Shown here: piece by piece, positions 10,613 through 20,063 of the stretch
How the letters are laid out: the number at the start of each line of letters is the position of its first letter
Position numbering within the stretch: the stretch's first letter is position 1
Assembly: GCA_905178155.1 (NCBI GenBank)
Contig: CAJINV010000048.1
Coordinates: forward strand, 1-24,764
DNA length: 24,764 bases
From: Amoebophrya sp. A120
Lineage: Eukaryota; Protista; Dinoflagellata
Direction: 5' to 3'
Position numbers and translations under genes: made by a program
Notes under the pieces: model-generated
The model's input: the letters and a program-made list of their open reading frames with translations, nothing else
What the model was told of the DNA's origin: nothing
Database searches by the model: none

Positions 10613-12277
10613 ATGCAGTGTTCATTTCTAGGCCATTTGCTGCGCATGCCGAAAAACCGCTTGGCGCGTCAGGCCCTCATCGGCGCCTTCCACATTCCGG
10701 GCATCCCGGAGCTCGAACGTCGGTGGTTGTCGATGCCCAGACCAGGACGGTCCCCCGACACCCTGTGGTCGCAGGTGCGGCAGACGGTCGCGCGGTTTTG
10801 TGGTTTCAAGGACGAGGACTGCGCGCAGCCCCGGGCTCCGCTGGACGACTCGCTGCTCATTGCCATGGCCCAGCACCGCGAGTTTTGGCATATCCTTAGC
10901 CTCGAAATCCGCATCAAGTTCATGTTGGATGATTATGCCCAAGACCGATCGTGGTCCTTCACGGACTACATCACCGAGGCAGAGGGGTTGCAGCTCAAAT
11001 ACGGGCGGCGTGGTGTTGACTTATCCGAGTCGCTCAACGTGTTCCGCGAATGCTTCGACTTCAGGGTGATGAGATTCAAAAACGACTCCAAGTTTGGCAG
11101 GGATCTGAACGCGCAGTGGGACGAGGTAGATCGTGCATTGCGGTGCCCGATAAGGTGCAAGGCGGACCGGCCGTGTGGGTTTTGCCGAACGGGCCCCGAC
11201 ACCCGCTTCAAGCTGGATCCCAACCCCTGCAAGCAGAAGGTGTTCGACTGCTACCCGCTTGAGACATGCGATGGCTTTGATGATGCGGAGGTAGTGAACC
11301 ACGACACGACCTGTCGGCCGGCGGCCGAGTTTCGGGACGGATGGCACGTAGCTCCCCCTGTCACCGACCCGGAGCTGAAAGAAACGCTGCGAGAGAGGGT
11401 TATTGCCACTGTCCACGATCTTGGGAAAAACGACAAGAAATTCCTCGGGACGATAGTAAGGGCCGCGGGACCAGACCGGATATGCAGCGAGATAGGCGCC
11501 GGCCAGCCGATCCCCGAGTGCAGTAAGCCGCAGCCTGGCCCCTCCTTCTCGGGGGTGATCTTCAACGAGGAGTACCGCATGCAGTTCCTGCGTGGGCTGC
11601 ACAAGGAGTACTTTGACATCGTTGATGAGATATGTGCGTTTCACCCGTTCGTCGTCGAGCCCCGGTGGATCACTTCCGCGCAGTACTACCGCAACGCCTA
11701 CCTCCGGGGCGAAGCGCCGCTGCATCGGATCTGCAAGATCGTTTGCTACTGCCCCGACTGCATCGCCGACAAGCCCAGCAAATGCACACCCGGCGAAGGA
11801 CGGGCAGGACCTGCAGTATACGCTGGGCACAACTTCTCGTGTTTGCGCACCGCGTTCGTGCACATGCGCGAGAAGAAGGAAGCTGCTGCGGTCCGGGAGT
11901 TTGCTGACCTTTTCGCGAAAAATCCGGATGCTACCGCCGAGGACGTGCTCATACCGAAGAGGATCGGGAAAAGGACACAACAGCAGCGGCTTCAGCGAGC
12001 TAACAGGAAGAAGTGTTTGGTCGACGATCTTGCGGCCCGCGTACCGCCGAAATATGTTTCGGTGTCGGCCGATGGGTTCCTGCTGATCACAGTGCCTGCC
12101 CCTGCTGGCCCGCAGAAAAAGGAAATCATTCGAAGAAGAGTACAAGTAGCAAGATTCGGATCCGCCGCTGAAGCTTTGGAGGCGGCCGTACGGGTACGGG
12201 ACGAAATCCTCCGGGATCCGGAGCCGTTTGTCACGTCCCTCTTGCGTAAACGGGGGCGTCGTAGGGGTAGGAAGTAA
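10613..12277 (+). mobile_element. 5'-truncated non-LTR retrotransposon (RTE-like) ORF remnant with a Cys-rich region and C-terminal AP2-like domain
   Basis: FLGHLLRMPKNRLARQALIG...RPGRSPDTLW...MAQHREFW resembles the post-RT consensus of RTE-clade LINEs (WLGHV.RM...RLP.Q.L.G...R.GRP...W...A.DR..W). No RT core is present. GC-rich island in AT-richer flanks. No TSD found. Confidence 0.6.
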
Positions 12278-12298
12278 TCGCTGCGGATGAGTGACGTA

Positions 12299-12472
12299 CA
12301 GCACGGCCCCCACTGGCGGGGCGCGACAAATAGTAAGGCACCTTCCCCCCGGGCGAACTTGCGGCTCGTGAATCCCACCGGGATTCACCACGCCGGACGC
12401 AGGTTCGACCGATGATTGAGCTGTATATTTCCGAGATAAAAGGGCCAACTTCGGGACGGGGGGGCCGTGCTG
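12299..12472 (+). other. Structured 3' tail closed by a 13-bp long-range stem
   Basis: CAGCACGGCCCCC (12299-12311) is complementary to GGGGGCCGTGCTG (12460-12472). Internal 9-bp hairpin GTGAATCCC-ACC-GGGATTCAC at 12368-12388. Confidence 0.65.
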
Positions 12473-12540
12473 CTGGGGAAAGGACTAGAGAATAGTTGAT
12501 CTGAACGCCGATGCTAGTCTTCATTTTTCTGACTCTTTTC

Positions 12541-12695
12541 AGAAGTATTATTATCTCCCCGCGCTGTAACTCGTTCAGATCTCTTGCTCTAGCTACGTCC
12601 CTTTGACGTTTCCTTGTCTCTTTGCAAAAAGTACAGTCAGAACTTGCTTGTGAAATAAAGAAGTATCATTATCTCCCCGACCTGTAGCTCGTCAG
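12541..12695 (+). repeat. Imperfect ~37-bp direct repeat pair
   Basis: AGAAGTATTATTATCTCCCCGCGCTGTAACTCGTTCAG (12541-12578) versus AGAAGTATCATTATCTCCCCGACCTGTAGCTCGTCAG (12659-12695). Confidence 0.75.
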
Positions 12696-13031
12696 CGAAA
12701 AGTCTTTTCAAGTTAAAGTAAGAGCTTTCCAGAATTGGCGACCCGGTCGAAATCTCAAAAAGTCTTTAAAATCGAGGGTCTTTGATCATAAAAAAGCGAC
12801 AATTTTTGTAGTCTTGTCGGGGCTAGAGTTCTTTCAAACGAATAATCCCAGGTCCAAGGTGTGTAATAGCATCTATTTTTGGAAATTTTAGTGTCAGTCT
12901 GAGTCACCATCTTATTTGTTTTTTCGTATAGCCGGGTCTAGTTTTTATGTTATGTTGTCTAGTCTTTGACTTCTCACTTCCATCATTCTCAATGCCACGT
13001 TTTGGGCTAAAGACTGAGTGAACCCACCTCG

Positions 13032-16000
13032 GTGGAGCGGATACTACCGAACGAATCGGACTTGTATCAGATTTCCAATCCAATCCAATCCAATTCTAAA
13101 AAGGTCAACCCGGACCCGCTCGATTCCTCTTCCCAGGACGACGGTCTCCACGAATCCCGTACGCAGGTTCGAAGTTCGAAGGAAAAAGCCTTTCGCGTTG
13201 CCTTGACGAATTATATCGACCGGTTAATCGATCCTACCGAAGAGCACGATGACGACGTGTCTACTTTCGAAGACTTCAACGGAAACGCGTCCAGCAGCTC
13301 CGACGCGGGTGCTGCAACTGGGTTTGGTAAGAAACAAAACTACATCGCCGGAGACGCAAGGGAAAGTGAGGATGACGATGAGGATAATTTGCGCAATAAT
13401 ATCAACAACGCGCGGACTAGTAGAACGAGCAGCCAACACCCGCCCAGATTCAGCAATTCCGCCCGGCAATCGCAAATAGCCGACGAATCCAAGCTGCTGA
13501 CAAAGAAGGATTGGCGGGAGTTTGAGGTGGACGTGTGGGGCGAGACAGATTTGGACTTCGGGCAATTTTGCAAGACCACATTTTACGAATGCATCCCCTG
13601 CGCGATCGCCGGCCCGCTATGCCTGTTGCTCGACGGAAAGACCGAGGCGTACAACCGGTTTCTCTTTGGCGGTGCGTGGTTTTTACCGATCATCGTGGAT
13701 TGTCTCATCGGTGCCATGCCGTTTTGGTTTCTCTTCATCTTGTACTTGTCGAAGTGGCTCGGGGACAACGATGAGGATCAAGGTTCAACATCTAAAGCCT
13801 GGGGCCCGACGGAGAATCCCAAGTACCAAGTCCATTGGATCGACGTGGTGACTTTGGGGCTGTTGAAGTTGTACCGCGGGACCTGCATTGGGATCAAGTA
13901 CGGGTACTTCAGCCCGACGGAAATGGCCTGTATCAAGGGGAGCAAAAACTACGGGACGTTTGGCAAAGGACCGCGCAGACTCGGGGCGGCGCTCTACTAC
14001 GACCAGCAAGGGACGTTTGAGTGGGACATTTTAGAGGCGATGTTCGAGTCGGTTCTACGGAATTCTCTACTGCTGGAGTTCCAACAGGGCGAGCTCGAAG
14101 TGGAAAGGGACGCGCAAGTCGTCAAAGGCTTCTTCACCCTCGCGCAGGACAATTTTTTCAGCGTGTTAGACGACCCCGCGAAGTTTTCGCGGAAAAAGAA
14201 AAACTTCAAGCACGAGCACATCTGGCACAGCAAGTATGGGAATTTGAGGAAAATTCTTCGCTTGGACCCGAAAAGCGTGCGGGCAGCGGCGTGCGCGGGT
14301 AATTGTGTGAATAGCGAGATAGCAGGAGTAGACATGATGAAAATAAATACCGCAACCACGCTGTCGAAGCAAACAACATCTAAACCGGCCATGATCACAG
14401 GAGCTACGAGCAGCACAACTACAAACGGTACTACAACAACCCACACGAGCGAAGATCTGACCATCACCACCAACAAGATCCCGCTCCCCCTTCTCGCCTA
14501 TGTCATTCTCGGCGTCGCTTACGAACCCACGCCGGATTCCATGTTCATTTTCTGTTGCTGTTTCCTACCTACCTGCGCCTGTCCGATAATCCGCGCACTA
14601 CAATTCGGTGGGGACTACGCCTTCGGCGGGGATAGTTTGTCCAACACCATGTACGTTTTGCGCCTGCTCTGGTTTCAGATGGCCATGGTGATGGTCTTCT
14701 TCTTTGCCTCCTTCCCCTACCTCGACGCGTACAAGCGGTGGCTACTCTCTCAGGTCCTCCTCGTCCTCTTCCTCGACGACCCCGAGGCACGCAACTACTT
14801 ACGGACGCGGAACCCGAAAATCGCGGAGAGAATCTCCCTGTTGAACCCGAACGGCACGGACTTACTCGCGGGCAACGTGAACAATTTGCAAGCCGTGTGG
14901 GTTCTGTGCAAAACCGCTTCCCCGACACTGTTGCGGAACATGATGTGCCAGTACAATTGCGGGTACAGCTTGGCGTCGTTGGTGTACGTGTCTTTGTGCA
15001 CGGCGTTGCTGGTTTTCATGCTGACGGACGACGAGACCCACGTGTACTGGCCGTTTGTCGTCGAACAAGCGTGCATTTTCCTCGGCTTGGGCGGTATCAT
15101 CGTCTACACGGTTTTCTACGGCGTGTGGTGCAACCAAAGTCTGTATCGTAAGGAAAAATCCCCCCTCCCCATATCAAATGGGAAATCTGTGATGCAGGAT
15201 ATGCGTACACAAATGCGCGCTGTCTTGTAATACGGCATCGCAGCCAGATCCGCAGCCTAGGGAGGGACATTTGGGTCTAGGTGCTTAGCATTACAAACGG
15301 CTGTCCTCTAGGCCCAACAGCATGCCAAATCGCTTCCATATTGGCGCGGAAGCCTCTGCATTTGTCTTCTTGCAAGACAAATGCGATTTGTGACCTCAAA
15401 GCAGCAACGGGTTGTGACCTCATGAGGCTGTGCCCGGGCTCAGCAAGGGTTTTTCCCCTGTCTGTGCTCCCTCGTGTTCACGCTCCTGTGCTGCTTGACT
15501 GGTAGTCATTTTGGCTTTTGTTTTTCCTCCGTCGCTGTCGTTTGGTCCCCAGGGCTGCTGCGGACAGGGCCCCCTGGGTTACCTCGGTCGAGTGGTCGTG
15601 CGGTTCGGTTCTCCTATGCCCATACCTACCGTGTACTTGCCGCTGGGTACTGGTAGTGCGTCTCTTTCGTCAGACTGTTTCGCTTCGGCGAAACGACATG
15701 ACGATTGTTTGGGGAGGTTCCTAACGGTCCCCTCAGGGCATTGCCTCGTCGCTGACCTGTGGATGCGGACGGTTCAGGTCAGCTTCGGGATGGGTATCCG
15801 GAGTTGAGTTAGCTTCGGCTTTCTCTTGTGTATTCGAGGGCAGTGGTTGGCGGAGGTTGTTGGGATGTTCCTAAACAGTCATCCCAGAACATTTGTGTTC
15901 CTTTCTGACTTCCTCATTTCCTGTGCAGTATTTTACTGCATATACAGGCGCCACCCTCGTTTATCACCTCCAGGGCTACGTGCGACCCCTCCGACGCTGC

Positions 16001-16574
16001 GTGTGGAAGGAGGAAGTTCGGCGTGTTGGGGGTGAGGGACCCCCAACGAGGCCTACGGATATCAGCTGGAATAAAGGCTCAAAGCAGCAACGCAAATTTT
16101 CGGAAACATACCTTTTCGATATGGGGAGGGGGGATTTTTCCCCTCAATAGTCTGCAAAAACTCGAGCACATCTTCCTTCGCGGCAACATCCGGTCCGCGC
16201 ATCGCGTGTCAGCTAGTAGTAGTTCTTGTGGTTCGTCGAGTACGAAAGGGAGTAGAATAAACAGTGGTATGATGAATCGAGAACATCTTCACACTGGCCC
16301 GCCGCTTTCAGAAAAAGAGCAAAGGAAAGCGGATCAGGAGGCTGAGCAGCAACAGCTGCTGCTAGCAAAACATGAATTTTTCCAGACGACGGCGGCGGAT
16401 TTCGCAACAGAACTTCGGCTTCACTTCAACTGCCACAGCATGCAGTTTCTCTACCGGCCGGCAACGAGCGAACTGGTCAACTTCGTCTACGCCTATGTCA
16501 GCTTTTTGGTCTCGGCAATCCTGTCTGCGTTCGTGGCCGGCGGGCATTTCTCGCTGACGCCGAATTCTGGATGA
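13032..16574 (+). CDS. Polytopic membrane protein of unknown function; join(~13032..15143,16155..16574), 5' end uncertain
   Basis: Long ORF with many hydrophobic segments. Removing intron E4 joins WCNQSL|QKLEHIF in frame and adds a final hydrophobic helix. No in-frame ATG near the ORF start. Confidence 0.75.
15144..16149 (+). mobile_element. Introner-like non-canonical intron E4 (1011 nt removed) containing a nested insert
   Basis: GTCTG at 15139-15143 and 16150-16154. TAT...ATA ends. Perfect 24-bp inverted repeat GGAAAAATCCCCCCTCCCCATATC at 15152-15175/16118-16141. Confidence 0.88.
15410..16077 (+). mobile_element. 668-bp nested insertion with 15-bp flanking duplication (retroposon/SINE-like)
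   Basis: CTCAAAGCAGCAACG at 15395-15409 and 16078-16092. Removal shrinks E4 to 323 bp, close to the other introners (156-305 bp). AATAAA lies just before the 3' junction. Confidence 0.7.
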
Positions 16575-17397
16575 TCGAGATGCTTCGACGTTCCGTTCCA
16601 AATATTCAGAGCTTCTGTTTCAATGTCGAACATTGGATGCGCACGCTTGTCGCTATCAGCAAAAGCTGCAGCTTGTACAATTGATTTTGCATTCATTGAT
16701 TTAGTTTCGAAGCCTATGATAAAGCTAGGGAATGCAATTCAAACGAGGACGTCGGGTGGCGCTGAGTGTTGATTAGTGTGTTCCCGCAGTACCTGCTCTA
16801 AGTACCGTTCATGTAGGTATGTCTATCTAGCCAGCCTGCCCCTTTCAGCATCCTGAAGGGAAGCAGATATCATATGCCACTGTTCGCACAACGACGATCT
16901 CGATGAAGTTTGCGTCGGTCGAATGTCGGTACTGCCTGGTCGTGACAGCCTCAGGGCTTAGCCGAGTCTACCACTAGTTTCTCTGTGAGTGACAAGGAAG
17001 GAGTGCCATCTGATTTTCGGTTATTAAAGTGCAATCCGATCCTGTAGGTTGATCGTGACCGTTTTTACTTCTCCTGATCATCGTGATGAAATCAATACCA
17101 CAACAGGACGCGAAAAAGTGAATCCCAAATTCACTCTCACACCTGAAAGCCTCTTTCACCAAACCTCCTTCCCAAAAGCCCCTACTTAAAACACCGTAGA
17201 GGAGTACCTCTTCTTATCCTCGTCGTATACAGAATCAGAAGCTAAAGAGGATACAAAACCCTTTTACAACTTGAACTTCCTTATCGAGGTTTTCTTCGTA
17301 AAAACTCTACCCGTCTCTCTTCTACTTTCCGAAAACTTTTCTACCAAAAGACACAAAAACCGAAGCTTCAAAACCTACGACTTCTTGAACAACCAAA

Positions 17398-20063
17398 ATG
17401 GGTGGTGGTTCGTCCAAGCAGGGGGGCGCGGGCGGTTGCTGCGCCACCGGCGGCAATGCCAATGCGCGTCAGCCCATGGCGGAGGGTGAGGCGATGAACG
17501 CGCCGCACGCGATCACGCCGGGTATGATCGCGCAGGGCATGCCCGCGGCCATGAAGAAGTGTCCGTTCCTGGCGATGCAGGCGGAAGTGACCTATGCATT
17601 GCAAAAGTATCGTAGTCGTACTAGTATAAATTGCATGACAAATTTTGGCAAGAAGAGAAGTCGAATTTGTAATGCTGTTTTACCTTAGCAGGATGATTTG
17701 TCATGCGTATTTGCAATTAGTACGAGTGCGATACTTTTGCACAGGATATGACCAACAAGCCGACCAAGCTGAACTTGAAGATCCTGAATCCGCCGAAGTA
17801 CTATTTGGATGAGACGGATTATCGCAAGAAAAAAGTGTTACAGTTACACGTTGTGTTGCAGGAGCCGCAAGACAGACAACCTTTGTCATGCAGGAAATGC
17901 TTGCAAGCCTTGATGCTTCCTACGTATTTTCCCTTATCCTTATGATCTTTGCATTACAAGTTTTGTCTGCCACACAGAGAAAATTTGTGATGCAGAGACC
18001 CCAACACCAACAAATGTGTAACTGTAACACTTTTTTCTCGTGATACGGATTACAAGCAGGCGTTCAACAGCTTGAACTACGAGGACGTGAAGACCGACAT
18101 CAAGAAGATGCTGAAGGACTCCAAGGAGTGGTGGCCCGCGGACTACGGGCACTACGGGCCCTTCATGGTGCGCATGGCCTGGCACGCGGCGGGCACCTAC
18201 CGCACCTCGGACGGTCGCGGCGGCGGCAACACCGCGCAGCAGCGGTTCAACCCGCTGGACTCCTGGCCGGACAACGGGAACCTGGACAAGGCCCGCCGCC
18301 TGATGTGGCCCATCAAGCAGAAGTACGGCAAGCAGCTGTCCTGGGGGGACTTGATGATCCTGACCGGCAACGTCGCGATGGAGGACATGGGGCACAAGAC
18401 CTTCGGTTTCGGCGGCGGCCGCCTGGACTCCTGGGCCATGGAGGAGGACGTCTACTGGGGCGAGCCGGAGAGCTTCCACAAGGACCTGGAGAAGCAGCCG
18501 AACGAGCTGGAGAACCCGCTGGGCGCGATCGTGATGGGCCTGATCTACGTGAATCCGGAAGGGCCCGGCGCCTGCGGCGACCCGCTCCTCGCGGCCGGCC
18601 ACATCCGCACCACCTTCGGGCGCATGGCCATGAACGACGAGGAGACCGTCGCGCTGATCGCCGGCGGCCACACCTTCGGCAAGTGCCACGGCGCCGCGCC
18701 CGGCGGCACCTACCAGGGCCCCAAGCCGTCCGACGCCGCGGTGGAGGAGCAGGGATTCGGGTGGACCAGCAGCTACGGCACCGGAAAGGGCAAGGACACC
18801 ATCACGTCGGGGCTGGAAGGCGCCTGGACCGCGAAGCCCGCGCAGTGGGACCACGGCTACTTCACGAATCTGTTCAAGTACGAGTGGGAGATGCACAAGG
18901 GCCCCGGCGGCGCCAAGCAGTGGCGGCCGAAGAACGGGGAGGGAAAGGACTTGATCCCCGACGCCCACGACCCGTCGGTCAAGCACGCGCCCATGATGCT
19001 GACCACGGACTTGTCGCTCATCAAGGATCCGAGCTACCGCGAGATCAGCAAGAAGTTCCTGGACGACCCCGCGTACTTTGAGGAGCAATTCGCGAAGGCG
19101 TGGTTCAAGCTGTGCCACCGCGACATGGGTCCGCGCGGCCGGCTGCTCGGCCCCGAGGTGCCCCCGGAGCAGATCTGGCAGGACCCGGTGCCCACGCCGG
19201 CGGCCGACACGGTGATCAGCGACGAGGGCATGATTGCCGGCTTGAAGGAGCAGTTTCTCGGGTGCGGCCTGTCCGTGTCCGAGATGGTGCGCACCGCCTG
19301 GGCGTCCGCCTGCACCTTCCGCCACACCGACTTCCGCGGCGGCGCCAACGGTGCGCGCATCCGGCTCGCGCCGCAGAAGGACTGGGCGGTGAACGACCCG
19401 GAGGACTTGGGGCGTGCGCTCAGCAAGTACGAGGCGATTATCGCGGACTTCAACGCGAAGAACGCGCCCTTCCAGCTTTCCATGGCGGATGCCATCGTGC
19501 TGGCCGCGGCCGCCGCGATCGAGAAGGCGATCGCCGACGCGGGGATGAGCGTGAAGGTGCCCTTCCGCCCCGGCCGCGGGGACGCCTCCGCGGACCAAAC
19601 CGACGTCAACTCCTTCGGCCACTTGGAGCCCAAGTCGGATGCCTTCCGCAACTACAAGGCGAACGCGTACCAGATGGTGGACCGCGCGCATTTGCTGAAG
19701 ATGACCGCGCCGGAAATGACCGCCATCCTCGGCGGGATGCGCGCGCTGGGCTGCAACGCGAAGTCCGCGGGCAAGATGGGCGTTTTGACCTCCCGCCCGG
19801 GCTGCCTGACCAACGACTTCTTCGTGAACCTGCTGGACATGGGCGTCGTGTGGAAGAAGACCGCGGACGGCACCACGTTTGAGGGCAAGGACCGCAACAC
19901 CGGGGCGGTCAAGTGGACGGCGAGCGAGGTGGATCTGGTGTTCGGGTCGAACCCGGAACTGCGCGCGCTGGCCGAGTACTACGCCTGCACGGACAGCAAC
20001 GAGAAATTTGTGCAGGACTTCGTCAAGGCCTGGGTCAAGGTGATGAACAACGACCGGTTCTAA
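17398..20063 (+). CDS. katG: Catalase-peroxidase; join(17398..17592,17754..17819,18051..20063), about 757 aa
   Basis: [88 protein letters not shown] and [12 protein letters not shown]. Upstream exons supply KCPF and LNLKIL motifs typical of KatG N-termini. Very high GC3. Confidence 0.96.
17593..17748 (+). mobile_element. Introner-like intron E5 (161 nt removed, or 158 nt as GT-AG)
   Basis: TGACC at 17588-17592 and 17749-17753. TAT...ATA ends. Inverted repeat 17600-17612/17729-17741 extends imperfectly inward, plus 17633-17643/17696-17706. Confidence 0.88.
17820..18045 (+). mobile_element. Introner-like non-canonical intron E6 (231 nt removed)
   Basis: CGGAT at 17815-17819 and 18046-18050 (ACGGATTA when the ends are included). 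TATC...GATA ends. Perfect 23-bp inverted repeat 17827-17849/18016-18038. Removal gives ETD|[10 protein letters not shown]. Confidence 0.92.

Noticed and set aside
11021-12448. 475-aa minus-strand ORF
   Set aside because: Antisense to the retro-derived ORF, which carries the recognisable motifs.
10480-12500. Terminal repeats or TSD for the retro-like element (TTCCCCCAGCA vs TGCTGGGGAA)
   Set aside because: Short, imperfect and inconsistent in order; probably chance.
12994-13012. Degenerate spliced-leader relic GCCACGTTTTGGGCTAAAG, and TCAAG before ATGs at 869 and 21409
   Set aside because: Too many gaps or too short to distinguish from chance or ordinary start context.
17398-20063. Bacterial contamination or chimeric contig at katG
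   Set aside because: The gene holds two introners with the same grammar as the neighbouring eukaryotic genes.
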